DNA of 64,000 nucleotides from the human T2T-CHM13v2.0 reference genome, Homo sapiens. The position numbers and the translations under genes were made by a program. Location of the stretch: assembly GCF_009914755.1 (NCBI RefSeq), contig NC_060925.1, one strand, 5' to 3'. The notes under the pieces are model-generated. The model was not told the DNA's origin. It ran no database searches and was given only the letters and a program-made list of their open reading frames with translations. This document shows, in pieces, positions 38,198 to 59,942 of the stretch; positions within the stretch are counted from its first letter, which is position 1; every line of letters begins with the position of its first letter.

Positions 38198-38820
38198 TCA
38201 TTTAATTCTCTCAATAACCTTGTGACTCGGTGTTGGTTCAGTCAGGCTCAGAAGTGAAGTAATTTGCCTGAGGTCACAGATTTTGTAAGTAGAGCAAGAT
38301 CTTGAACCCGCCCATGTCTGTCTAAAAGTATGTACTATAAAAATGTGTTGTCTTGGCTCTCAGTGCTTTGATACACAGTATCTTGTTTGATTCTCACAAT
38401 AGTCTAATAAAGGATTCAGGGCAAGACTCAGAGAATTTTAGAGTTAAATGGGACTGTAGCAGTCTTTTATTTTTTTAAAACCAGTTCTTATTTTGGTTAA
38501 GTGACTTGACCTGGGACATAAGCTAGTATCTGGTGGAGCCACTCTCCAAACCCAGGATTCTCTTTATTATCTATTTGTTTATTTTGTTGTTGCCCAGACT
38601 GGAGTACAGTGGCACAAGCATAGCTCAGTAGCGGGAACTACTAGGAACACACACCATACTCAGCTAATTTTTTTTTTTTGAGAAAGGGTCTTACTTCATC
38701 ACCAGGCTGGAGTGCAGTGACATGACCATGTCTCACTGTAACCTCAACCTCCAGGGCTGAGGTGATCCTTCCACCTTGGCCTCTTGAGTCAGCTGGGACT
38801 ACAGGCACATGCCGGGCTAA

Positions 38821-38967
<147 letters not shown>

Positions 38968-39523
38968 TAGTTTTAACTTTTAAAAATATCTCATCTGGAG
39001 GCCCACATTTCGTGTTTACTGAGATCAATTTTTCTACCATGATAAGCAAAGGATAGAGATCTCAGTATTGTCCAATGTCATGGCAAGATGGGGAGAGGGG
39101 CTGAATTAACTTGTTTGGAGGTATTGTAGGCTCATTTAAGATAGTTCTTTTTGGCTGGGCGTGGTGGCTCACGCCTGTAATCCCAGCATTTTGGGAGGTC
39201 GAGGCAGGCAGATCAACTGAGGTCAGGAGTTTGAGACCAGCCTGACCAACAAGGAGTAACCCCGTCTCTACTAATAATACAAAATTAGCCAGGTGTGGTG
39301 GCGCATGCCTGTAATCCCAGTTACTCAGGAGGCTGAGGCAAGAGAATAGCTTGAACCTGGGAGGTGGAGGTTGCAGTGAGTCAAGATTGCACTCCAGCCT
39401 GGGCAACAAGAGCAAAACTCCGTCTCAAAAAAAAAAACCAAAAAAGTTTTTTTTTCTTTTCTGAAGGCCCTTACAATAACTTCCTAAAGGTAGTTCTTTT
39501 TCTTTTCTTTTTTTTGTAATTAG

Positions 39524-39980
<457 letters not shown>

Positions 39981-40065
39981 TGAACGCCTGACCTCAAGTG
40001 ATCCACCCACCTTGGCCTCCCAAAGTGCTGGGATTACAGGCGTGAGCCACTGTGCTGGGCCATAG

Positions 40066-40447
<382 letters not shown>

Positions 40448-40485
40448 TAAGAGAATAATCTGTATCAGCTTTTTCTGTGGACTGA

Positions 40486-41263
<778 letters not shown>

Positions 41264-41512
41264 TAAATCTTGACTTTTGGACTTCATCCTTTTCTCCTTT
41301 GCTAACAATTCTTTTTTTTTCTACTCCCTGAAAATTCTTCTTAAGGGCTTGTCCTGGGCCCTCTCCTTTTCTTTCTTGAAGTTTCACTTTTCAGTTTGAC
41401 TGTCTGTACATCACTCTGTGTAAATGACTTTAAATCTATGCTATACCTTTAGCCTGTCTCCAAAGTTCCAGCTGTTATCTCAAATTCAGCTTGTCTAGTA
41501 ATGAATTCATAA

Positions 41513-41770
<258 letters not shown>

Positions 41771-41772
41771 TA

Positions 41773-41925
<153 letters not shown>

Positions 41926-42836
41926 TCATAGCATACTGCAATCTTGAACTCCCGCTCTCAAGGGATCCTCCTGCCTCAGCCTCCCAAGTAGCTAGGACCA
42001 CAGGCATATGCCACCATGCCCAGCTAATTCTTTAATTTTTGGTACAGATGGGATCTCATTTTGTTGCCTAGGCTGGTCTCAAACTCCTGGGCTCAAGGGA
42101 TCATTCCACCTTGGCCTCCCAAAGTGCTAGTATCATAGATATGAGCCACTGCCTCCAGCCCCCTTGTTTGTTTTAATAGAACCATTATATATTCCCCAAG
42201 TTATAAAGGCTTAAAATCCAGGGATTGCCTTTAATTCCTTCCTCTCTGTCATGCCCCACATCCAGTCAACTGCTGAATTCTATAGAGCCATCTTTCTAGT
42301 GTTTCTAGCACCTGTCTCCTGTTTCTTATTCTACTGCCACCATTCTGGTTCATGTTTTTGTTACTTTTGCCTAGATTACTTTAATAGATTTTAACTGATT
42401 TTCCTGCTGTAATCTATAGAACATCACTAGATTAATCTCACAGAATTGAGTTCCTGTGTGTTCCTATAATAATGCAAAATGTATTGCTTACTGAATCACG
42501 TTTAAATGCTTCAACCTGGCATTTAAGCCTTCACGAAATGTCCTCAACCAAATTTTCTCATTCATTTCCCACTATTTCCTCATACATGTACCCTATGCTT
42601 CAGCCAAAACTGAGCACTCAGTGTTCCCTTAATATATCCTTCTCTGTCTTTATGTCCCTGCTTACATTTTTCCTTGTACCTAGTGTGCCTGTCCTTCCCC
42701 ATCTCTGCTTTTTGAAATTTTACCCACTCTTCTGTAGACAGCCAAATAATTTTTCCTCTATTAAACCTTTCTTGGCTGGGCGCAGTGGCTCACGCCTGTA
42801 ATCCCAGCACTTTGAGAGGCCGAGGTGGGTGGATCA

Positions 42837-43273
<437 letters not shown>

Positions 43274-43335
43274 TAAAAAAAAGAAAGAAAAGAAAAAAAA
43301 AACTTGTAGAGACAGGGTTTCACCATGTAGCCTAG

Positions 43336-43518
<183 letters not shown>

Positions 43519-43612
43519 TAAAGTGCCTTTTCTCTCCTAAATTCCTAGAGAATAGAAACTCTGCCCTTTTTTATCTTTGTATTCTTCCTAGCATCTATTA
43601 GAGTACACTTCA

Positions 43613-43777
<165 letters not shown>

Positions 43778-43858
43778 TTAGCTGTGTGTGATGGTGCACG
43801 CCTGTAGTCCCAGCTCCTCGGAAGGCTGAGGTGGGAGGATGGCTTGAATTGCCATGTC

Positions 43859-43944
<86 letters not shown>

Positions 43945-43950
43945 ACACAT
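43859..43950 (+). repeat. (A)n(TA)n(CA)n microsatellite
   Basis: Directly visible. Confidence 0.95.
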
Positions 43951-44296
43951 ACATATAGAGATAGATTGATTGAATTGATAGATTGGGTTATGTCTCTGGA
44001 TAGAATATACCAGTAATTCAGATCCTAGTATTATTTCTTATTACTATTAGACTTGACACCTCAACCTCAGTTTCTTATGCTAAACTGTATCATATTTGTC
44101 CCTCCTCAAAGCCTGTGGCCCAAATATGTATCAGAGCAGGGACGGTAAGGAGGCGAGAGGTGGTGGTTTGTTTTTCTGTGAGAAGAAAATTGGACTGCGT
44201 TGGTGTTTATAAGTATGAGGGAGATGGGACATTGTGTGCTCAACCCAACTTCCCCTTTTCTGAGAAATTATTTCTTACACAATTCAGAAATACAGT

Positions 44297-44320
44297 TGAC
44301 TCAGCTCTGCCACCTAGTGG
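44297..44320 (-). promoter_or_regulatory. CTCF motif CCACTAGGTGGCAG (44307-44320, minus) with adjacent AP-1/ARE TGACTCAGC (44297-44305, plus)
   Basis: Near-consensus CTCF core in a unique-sequence island among Alus. Confidence 0.7.
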
Positions 44321-44837
44321 GCAGTTTAATATACTGTCAAAATTCTTAGTCCAAGAATTGTCTCAAACAAATAAAAGCTTTTCTGAGAGCCAAAACAGCC
44401 CAGATCACTCCCCTGAGTGGCAAAGATGATTTTTGATTATGAGAAGGAACAAATGAAGGAAATGTGGTGTTCATGACTGAGGGAAAGAAATTCTACATTA
44501 AAACAAGTTTCTATTTTTTTATCCAGACTGACAATTAATAATACTTTCTTTTCTAAGAAAAAATTTTAAAACATTTATTTATTTTTCTAGATCCATCAAT
44601 GCCTTTTGAAAAAATGAATTAATTTTTTTAAGAGATGGGCCTCTCTCTTGCCCAGGCTGGAGTGCTGTCGTGCGATCAGTTCACTGCAGTCTCTGACTCT
44701 TGGGCTCAAGCAACCCTCGGCCTCAGCCTCCTGAGGAACTGGGACTACCACCATGCCTAGTTAATTTTAAGTTTTTTGTAGATATGGGGGTCTTGCTATG
44801 TTGCCCAGTCTGGTCTCTAACTCTTGGGCTCTAGTGA

Positions 44838-45251
<414 letters not shown>

Positions 45252-45355
45252 TAACGCAGTTGCACAAACATTTGATTCTCACCAGGTAAGCAGGAAGACA
45301 TTTTGCAGAAGAGAATATTGTGATTCAGAGAACTCAAATGACTTGCCTATGATCA

Positions 45356-45772
<417 letters not shown>

Positions 45773-46031
45773 TCATTTTTAATTAATTAATTTTTAAATT
45801 TTTACCTATTTATTTTTTGAGACAGTATTTCACTCTGTTACCCAGGCTGGAGTGCAGTGGTGCAATCTCAGCTCACTGCAGCCTCGACCTCCTGACCTCC
45901 TGGGCTCAAGCAATCCTTCCAACTTAGCCTCCCGAGTAGCTGGGACCACAGGCACACACCACCACTCCCGGCTAATTTTTTGTATTTTTCGTAGAGAAGG
46001 GGTTTTGCCATATTGCCCAGGCTGGTCTTGA

Positions 46032-46400
<369 letters not shown>

Positions 46401-46485
46401 TGAGACACCGCTCCCAGCCAGCCTACTTTTTTGAAAATATGACTTAGTTTCTCAAAGGTAGAAGTGTTGTATCAAAGACTGACTA

Positions 46486-46632
<147 letters not shown>

Positions 46633-47329
46633 CTATACAAAAAAATACAAAAAACAAAAAATTAGATGGGAGTGGTGGCTAGCACAGTAGTCTCAGCTAC
46701 TTAGGGGGCTGAGACAGGAGGATTGCTTGAATCTAGGAGGTCAAGGCTGCAGTGAGCTAATATTGAGCCACTGCACTCCAGCCTGGGTGATGAAGTGAGA
46801 ACCTGTCTCAAAAAAAAAAAAAAAAATTAGTTCTTTGAACCAATAGCAAAGAATGATTCCAAAATCGCCCTGTATTGGAGGTAGAATCTAGTTATTCTTC
46901 CTGGTTTTTCTTTTTCAGTTTCTCAAAGCCCACCCTCCACTTATATAACTTTTATCTGAGGAAACATATGTAACTTATTTCTTCTGTTAATTGTTGGAAA
47001 AATGATTAGTAATTTGGTTTGGGAGTACACAGAAAAATTGAGGAAGGCCTTTTATTTCCTAGTTTTATGTCTTCTTTCCCTTCCTTAGTGCTGGTATGGT
47101 TTCCTGGCACTGATTTTGAAAACTATAATTACTGGGCCATGGCTACTATCTGTTTCCTTGAGAAGAAATGTGGGAAGGAACTTGCCATGAAGTACATAGG
47201 GTGGAGTATAGTAGGGAGGGAGGTGTTTGTTTGATCTGAGAAGTGGTTGAGATGGCCACAAAGTTAAGGGGAAAAAGCTCAGGCCAAGGTGGAAATGCTC
47301 CCTTTTTTTTTTTTGAGGGTGGGGAATGA

Positions 47330-47419
<90 letters not shown>

Positions 47420-47422
47420 TAA

Positions 47423-47959
<537 letters not shown>

Positions 47960-47983
47960 TAAAAATCACATGATATTAAATGA

Positions 47984-48627
<644 letters not shown>

Positions 48628-48651
48628 TAGGCCTCTTAAATCCATGCCTAG

Positions 48652-48954
<303 letters not shown>

Positions 48955-49059
48955 TGAACTCCTGGCCTCAGGTGATCCGCCAGCCTTGGCCTCCCAAAGT
49001 GCTGGGATTACAGGCGTAAACCACCGTGCCTGGACTATTTTCCTTATTAAAAACATTTA

Positions 49060-49257
<198 letters not shown>

Positions 49258-49332
49258 TCATACCCCTTTGTAAGCCATCCCTCCTCCTCTCTGCCCATCC
49301 CTTAAGCAACCATTGAGCTCCTTTTCTCACTA

Positions 49333-49678
<346 letters not shown>

Positions 49679-52085
49679 TTAACTCTTACATCATGCTATA
49701 TTCCCACCTTTCCTTTCCCCTTACCTCATCCTCCCAATAGAAAGTTATAGCATAGTTCTGGCTGAATCAATAGTCAGTGTTTACATTAGTATTACTGTGT
49801 AAATGATATCCATTGAGGAGCCAAGTAGTATATATTGATTGTTTCATGTCTTGAACAACCCTTTATTGTTAAATTATAATTTATTTAAAATTTTACTTTG
49901 TTTACTATGTACCTATCTTCAGTTTATTTCCTAAATGTCAATTCTGGCAAATGCCTATTAATATTTTCTTTCAAATGGTCAACATATCAGATAATCTTAG
50001 ACGATAATTTTTCTTTTCCTGGAAACTTGCCTCATTGTCTGCCAAGTCACTTTTTAGTCACTAGCACCACCTGCTGACTCTTGGTGAAGTGGAAAGACAG
50101 AATTATGATTCACAGGGTTGATGTTCTTAAATCGGAAAATCTCCTTTCTGTGGTCTCTGACTTTGAGAATGACATTCTGGAGGAAGGAATGTGGTCCTTG
50201 TCATAGGAGTAGCGGAGAATATAAAATCACTAAATAAGGTCTTTCCTTTGTTCTGTTATCCTCTTCTTTTGTATGTTTCCTAGAAGAAGAAAAGTCTCTG
50301 TTGTAATCTTCCTTGTCATGCTATGGTCATTCTAAGCCTTTTGTCTGATCTACCAAGAAAAGAGAGAAAGATGTGCTACTCATTAAAAAAAAAAAAAAAC
50401 TACAGCTTTATTGACGTATACTTGGTGTATGATAAATTGTACATATTTAAGGTGTGTCATTTCATGGGTTTTGACATATACAAATATATATATATATCCA
50501 TGAAACCACTGTCACAATCAAAATGATGAACATATCTATCACCCCCATGAGTTTCGTCATGCCCCTTTGGGTTGTTTTGAGACAGAGTCTTGCTGTATCG
50601 CGTAGGCTGGAGTGCAGTCACGTGATGTCGGCTTTGTGCAACCTCCACCTCCTGGGTTCAAGCGATTCTTGTGCCTCAGCCTCCTGAGTAACTGGGATTT
50701 CAGGCTCATGCTACCACACCCAGTAGAGACAGGGCATTTTAGTGGAGACAGGGTTTTTAGTGGAGACAGGGTTTTTAGTAGAGACAGGGCTTTTTATTAG
50801 AGACAGGGTTCTGCCATGTTGGCCAGGCTGGTCTCAAACCCCTGGCTTCAAGTTATCCACCCTCCTAAGCCTCCCAAAATGCTGGGATTGCTGGTGTGAG
50901 CCACCGCATCCGGCCTACTTCATGCCCCTTTGTAAGCCATCCCTCCTTCACTCTGCCCATTCCTTAAGCAACCATTGATCACCTTTTCTCACTATATGTT
51001 TGCTAACATTTTATATATTTTTACAGTCCATGATCTGCTGAAGATTTTTAATAATTTGATATGAATGGAAGCAGATGGTATATACTCTTTTTTTTTTTTT
51101 TTGCGGGGCAACAGCTTTTTTCACTTGCATAATTACTTTGAGATTTATCCATGTTGTGTATATCAGGAATTAATTTCATTTTATTGCTGTGTATTCAATT
51201 ATGTGAATTTACTGCAATTGGTGTATCCATTCACCATTTCAACATTGAGTTGTTTCCAGTTTTTGGTTATTACAGATAAAACTGTTATAAGCATTTGTAT
51301 ATAAGTTTTTGTGCAGCACATGTTATCATTTCTCTTGGGTCAGTACCTAAGTTTGGAATGTCTGGTTTGTATGGTAAGTGTACACTTACCTTTTAACGAA
51401 CTGCCAAACTGTTTTACAAAGTAGTTGTACCATTTTACATTCCCACCAACAGCACATGAAAGCTCCACATTTTCCTAACATTTTGTATTTTATTTAACAG
51501 TCTTTTCCATTTTAACCATTCTAGTGGGTATGTAGTATTTTTTCATTGTTGTTTTCATTTGATTTGTATTTCCCCAGTGACTAATGATGTTGAGCATCTT
51601 TTCATATGCTTATTTTGAGCTACCTATTTAAAAATGCTCCATTAATAATAGGGCTAGTTGGGCTGGGCATGGTGGCTCATGCCTATAATCCCAGCATTTT
51701 GGGAGGCTGAGGCGAGCAGATCACTTGAGGCCAGGAGTTCGAGACGTATCTGGTCTGCCATTTCAAATTTCTCCTGCAATTCTTTATCCTCTATTCCCTC
51801 CTCTCCACCTCTTTTAAGGACCACAGCCATTCTGCCATTCCCTCAAAGCACTGTCTCTATGCTTTCCAAAGTAACCTTTAGCTAATGGAGAAAATAATGT
51901 GTTGTAATGAAGAAAAAAAAATTGGGGGAAGAGACATATCCAGGGCTGTCTCTTCACTTCACAGAAAATATAGGTATTTTAACTCAAAACATCCTTTTGA
52001 AGAAATACTCTTTGTATTGGTTCTCTTAAAAGAGTAACTTTATCCCTCAGGTGTGGGAATTTCAAGTGAATTGAGAAGAATTTCG

Positions 52086-52393
<308 letters not shown>

Positions 52394-52471
52394 TCACAGC
52401 CAAGTGGTAAGTGAAATTCTTTGATGACACCTGTCATGTAATACTCTTCCTTCGCGCGGGCTTAGAGCTAG

Positions 52472-52765
<294 letters not shown>

Positions 52766-53609
52766 TGAGCCACTGCGCTCGGCTACTTCCCAAATATTTT
52801 CAGTGCGTGGTTGGTTGAATCTGTGGATGCAGAATTAGTAGATACAAAGGGCCCTACTGTAATATTTGTTCAGGGGAGTATTGTCGGGTGTCAGGGACTG
52901 AGAGGAGAGGTGGAAGATAATGGTGAGTACTTGATTAGGGCAGGGAGGACAGGTCCTCGGTTATGGAGTACCTGAGAGGGGAGGATGAGACCAGAAACAG
53001 GGAAGATATTAAATGTAAAAGTTACCTCCTTCATAATTTTGTTCAGAGCAGCATTGTTACTTTAGAGCACCCTCATCTAGAACAGCATTTCTTCTCAGTC
53101 TTTCTTCTACAAACTAGATTCCTTCAACTTTGGGCTTTCCCTCCTTTTCCAACTCTCTCTTTTTGGCTTTATATGAGAATATGAGAAGAGAGTAGTTGTT
53201 TTTTGTTTGATAGTCTCACTCTGTTGCCCAGGCTGGAGTGCAGTGGCGTGGTCTCAGCTCACTGCAACCTCTGCCTCCTGGCCCGGGTTCAAGCAATTCT
53301 CGATTCTCATGCCTCTGCCTCCTGAGTAGCTTGGATTACAGGATTACAGGCATGGACTATCATGCCTGGCAAATTTCTTGTATTTTTAGTAGAGATGGGG
53401 TTTTACCATGTTGCCCAGGCTGGTCTCGAACTCCTGGCCTCAAGTGATCCACCCACATTGGCCTACCAAAGTGCTGGATTACAGGTGTCAGCCACCGCGC
53501 CCAGCCTCAGAGTAGCTTTTGTGGTGACATTGACCACCACAACTCCCCTTTTAGAATCTTTACCAGCTCCACAACCAGAATCTTTAATGGCTCTCTGCTT
53601 CCTTGACAA

Positions 53610-53870
53610 TATAGTATAGTGATTAAAAATTAAGTTTCGGGATCCAAACGGCATAGGTTCAGTTTCTGGCTCTGCCATTTGTTAACTGTGTGACTGGAGG
53701 CAAGTTCCATAATTTGTTAGCTGTGTGACTGGAGGCAAGTTTCCTTATATAAAAATAGAGATAAGAATACCACCTTCCTTAGAGAGCTATGAGAATTAAG
53801 TCAATGTTTTAAAAGTGTTTAAAACATTGCCTGGCAGATTTTAAGCTTCAATAAGTGTTAGATATTAATC
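53610..53870 (+). mobile_element. MIR SINE with an internal ~35-bp tandem duplication
   Basis: ggctctgccatttgttaactgtgtgact...gcaagtt...cctggca...caataagtgttag matches MIR. Confidence 0.75.
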
Positions 53871-54372
53871 AAATTTAAACCCCTTACCCCCTTTTTAAGG
53901 TGCTTCATAATCTGGCCTCTGCCCATCTAACCTTCTGTCCCATTACTCCTTGTCTACTGCATTTGAGTTTTGCTCATTTCCTTGCTGAATCATGAATCCA
54001 TGCATAACTCCAGATGGTTTTCATTGCCTGGAAGATCGTTAACAATTTGAATCTTACCCAGTCTTCAAAGCTCACTTCAAATCCCATCTTCTCTGTTACC
54101 TTTTATTATTCTTATTACTTTAGTTCAAATCTACCATCTTCCCATCTGAATGTACCATACTGTAGGATTTAGTGAATAATTACACACTCATCACTCTTTC
54201 ATGTGAATTGGTTTTGTCTCTCCAATAGCCTGTAAACTCCCTGAGATAGCAACAGTATCTGATACTTCCGAGCCCTCTTTCAGTGGAGTGAACACATTGC
54301 ATTTACTCCATTTCAAGCATCTGTAAAGAGATTCAACATAGGCAACAGAGGATGGTGTGAAGAATTTGTAGC

Positions 54373-54378
54373 TTTAAT
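54373..54378 (-). terminator. HJV: HJV polyadenylation signal ATTAAA
   Basis: TTTAAT on the + strand about 580 nt beyond the stop codon; variant signal. Confidence 0.6.
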
Positions 54379-54959
54379 AACAGATTAGTTAGGGGGTAGG
54401 GATGATACTTCTGTCCTACCTGTGCCATTCTTCAAAAGCAGAGACTCCCTTCACCTAAGAGCTAGACAATGCCTGCTTCATTTTTGAATCAAGAAAGCAG
54501 AACATACCTTACACACACATATTCATCAAATAGACTTCTTTCCCTAATTATGTCTTCCTCCTTTGAGTTTCTTATGGCTAATGATCATGTCTTCTGCTTT
54601 CAGCTCTTGCCTCTTAAAAATCTCAACCCTTAAATCTTTACTGATCATTAAAACCTTCATGACCTCTAAACTTATAAGGGTGAAATCTGCAGTAAATGGA
54701 TTAGAACAATTTGTTTACTATAAATGAGGCTGGAAAAATTGGTGAAGAGCCCCACAGAGATCCGGAATGCAGTAACCTTGCCCAGAATCCTTATTCTGTG
54801 ATAATTTCAACCCTGGACTGCAGCCTCATCTGACTCTGGATAATGTCATTGTTTCACGTGTCTCCTAGGCCCTGCTTCCTTTAATGATTCTTTACATTCT
54901 TCTATGCCAATCTGTATCTCCAAATCATTTCCAAACTAGTAATGGGACTGATGGTCCCC

Positions 54960-57285
<2,326 letters not shown>

Positions 57286-58469
57286 TCAAGAAAAGGATGA
57301 ACAGACTGGAATTTGGGGAGATTGGAGTTCCTCAAACTATAAGTGTGGCAGTTAAGCCTCTTTGCCCTGTTCCTGTGGCCACTTTTAGGGCCCTTGTGCA
57401 ATACCCCTAGGTGGGGGTGGAGGGAAGGTTGAGTGAACTCAAGGGGGCAGAGTCCACTGTATTGCTCCATTCTGAGCTACCAAACAGCAGGTATGTCAAA
57501 GATGGAGGAATCATGGGGCTAGATCAGATACCAGTAATCCTAGTGGGTACCCTAGTAAAATTAGGACCTGAAAATATTTCAGAAACATACTTCTTATTTG
57601 TCCCTCTCCATTAGGAGGAGATGCCCTCTAGGAGTCATACATTTCTTTTCCTCCTTTGTGTCAGAACACAAGAAGGATTAAGGGTGGCATACCCATCCCG
57701 TCTAGAATATCAGTATTCAAATGAAAAGGAAACCAATCTCTTTTCATCAGCTCTAGAGAGCTGCAATTTTAATCTCCCTCTCTCATGGAATAATGGGATG
57801 CAAACCAAACATGCAAATCAATATTTGTTTTTTCTAAGTCAACAGTTCTTGTATTTTCCCAAATATCACTCCTTCCATTAATCTCTTCTTTTCAAATTCT
57901 GAAGTTCTCAGTCTTTTATGATGACAGGAGTTGGAGAGGGGCTAAATCCCTCCTGCCTAACTCCCCTATCTTATGGGTAAGGATATGATTGGGGGAAGAG
58001 TCCTGCAAGAGGGAGAATAGAATGGAGGGACTAGAGTTGTGGGGAGAAATCATTTACAGGGAGCAGCCCCCATGCTTGGAATCTCAATGTGAAGGGCATT
58101 GCTAAGTGGGGGCAGGATAGAAGGGTATCAGTGACTCATCATCTGAGGTCATATTTGGCCTTGGTAAGAAAACTACAGAATAGAGGACGTAGGGAACTCC
58201 TTCTAAAACTTCATCAGGAGTCTTGAGGTAATAAGGTAAAGAGAGGGCTAAGACTGCCAGAGGAGAGACAGAGAATTAAACTTCAAAAAGCTAGAGGCCA
58301 GAGGCCAGAAAGAAATAAGACAGAAAGAGAAATGGAGATTGGGGCACCTTGGTAGGGAGAGATCCCAGCATTTGGACGAGAGACATCCAAGTAGGTGTTT
58401 GTAATTTTATAAAAGTCTAACTTCAATATAAAAGCTTATTAAAGGAATTGCAATTTCATTTTGACTTAC

Positions 58470-58685
58470 TGTTTCCAGAGGTCAAACATTACTCTGCTAT
58501 CCAATTCTCCAGCCATGATTCCCTACTCTGTGGGTCAGCTCCAGCCAGGGGGTCCTCCGTGTCTCCCCCAGGTCCCCAGGCCGGCTGCTGTCTCACTGAG
58601 GTCAGGGAACCAGAGAAGGTTTGGTATGGGGGGAAGGGGGAGTATATGGCTGGCCAGAGTACTGGACAGCTGAGCAGGGAGGGAG
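58470..58685 (-). other. HJV: HJV non-coding exon 1 (TSS approximate) carrying two uAUGs
   Basis: Donor AACA|gtaagt at 58470/58469; ATGs at 58516 and 58489. Confidence 0.85.
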
Positions 58686-59214
58686 GTGGCTACTGAGTTG
58701 ACGGTTTTAAAAATAGCTAAGTCCAAAATTCCAGGAACGTTGGTGGGGGTAGGGTGTGGGAGTTGGGGGAGTGGGGAGGGTTAGAGGATTAGAAAGAATA
58801 TGGAGTATTGAGTGCCAAGTCAGGGAGGGAGGAGAGAAATATGACAGACAAGTTGGATATCCAATTCCAGCTTGTGTGACTCTGTGGTCACTGCCTACTC
58901 CAGGCAGCCCTCCAGCATTTTCAATAATGTTGAGCTCCTGGCCTTTAAAAATTACAGTGGGCAATTGGATACCTTTCATTTACCATGTTCATCCCTGCTA
59001 TGCTGAATATTACATTTAGGTTCTACAGATAGTATCTAGGAGGTAGCTGACTTTGAATAAGATCCATAGCAGAGGTAGTTCATAGCCCCTCTCCTATCTT
59101 TGCAGAGTATTTCAGAAGGACGAAAAAAGCCAGCTGTCCAGAGAAGAAATCTGAGCTGTGAGTTGCTTAGGATGAGGGTTTGTTCAGTCTATCCAGCTCA
59201 GATCCTTGCAGCTG
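58667..59214 (-). promoter_or_regulatory. HJV: HJV muscle/liver promoter: MEF2/TATA-like box, STAT (GAS) site, paired E-boxes
   Basis: TTAAAAATAG 58707-58716; TTCCAGGAA 58729-58737; CAGCTG at 58667-58672, 59131-59136 and 59209-59214; consistent with the known RGMc promoter architecture. Confidence 0.8.
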
Positions 59215-59416
59215 TCTATCCTCCTACCTACTCCATTTTCATTACTTTAGTTTGTACAGCAATTCATCTTCCTCTCCCTCATGAATACACAAAAAATAAA
59301 GGCTCCCGATTTGCTTGGAGAGAAGGCTAACAAAGGCAAAGAGGTGAAGAAAGAATGGAAATAGAATTCTTCTAAAGAAAGAGTTGGAGAAATAGAAAAA
59401 GATTCAAAAATATACT

Positions 59417-59508
59417 TTTCCTTCCTTCCTTCCTTCCTTCCTTCCTTCCTTCCTTCCTTCCTTCCTTCACTCCCTCCCTCCCTCCCTCCCTCCTTCCTTC
59501 CTTCCTTC
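59417..59508 (+). repeat. (TTCC)n/(TCCC)n polypyrimidine microsatellite (tail of a minus-strand Alu monomer)
   Basis: Directly visible. Confidence 0.95.
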
Positions 59509-59942
59509 CGAGATGAGGTCTCACTATGTTGACCAGGCTGGTCTTGAACTCCTTGCCTCAATGAATCCTTCCATCTCAGCCTCTCAGAGTGCTGGGATTA
59601 CAAGTGTGAACCAACATGCCTAGCCTCAGAAAGATACTTTTATGGAATAACATAATCTTGTGACCATAAATATTGCAAAATCTCAGCACTTTGGGAGCTG
59701 AGGCAGGAGGGTCACTTGAGCGCAGGAGTTTGAGGCTGCAGTGAGCTATGATAACGCCATTGCACTCCAGCCTGGGCAACAGTGAGACCCGCCCCCCCAC
59801 CCCCCTTAAAAAAGAAAAGAGATACTGCAACCAAGGGATTTAGCCATGTCATGTTTTTGCAGCCATAGGTATATCTGAGATCATCATCTTTTAGTACTTG
59901 CCAAGTGAAATTAACAGAAGGACCGATTCCAAATACGGTCAC

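Noticed and set aside
52451-52461. Isolated CGCGCG / E2F-like motif in the spacer between the inverted Alus
   Set aside because: Single short motif with no promoter context
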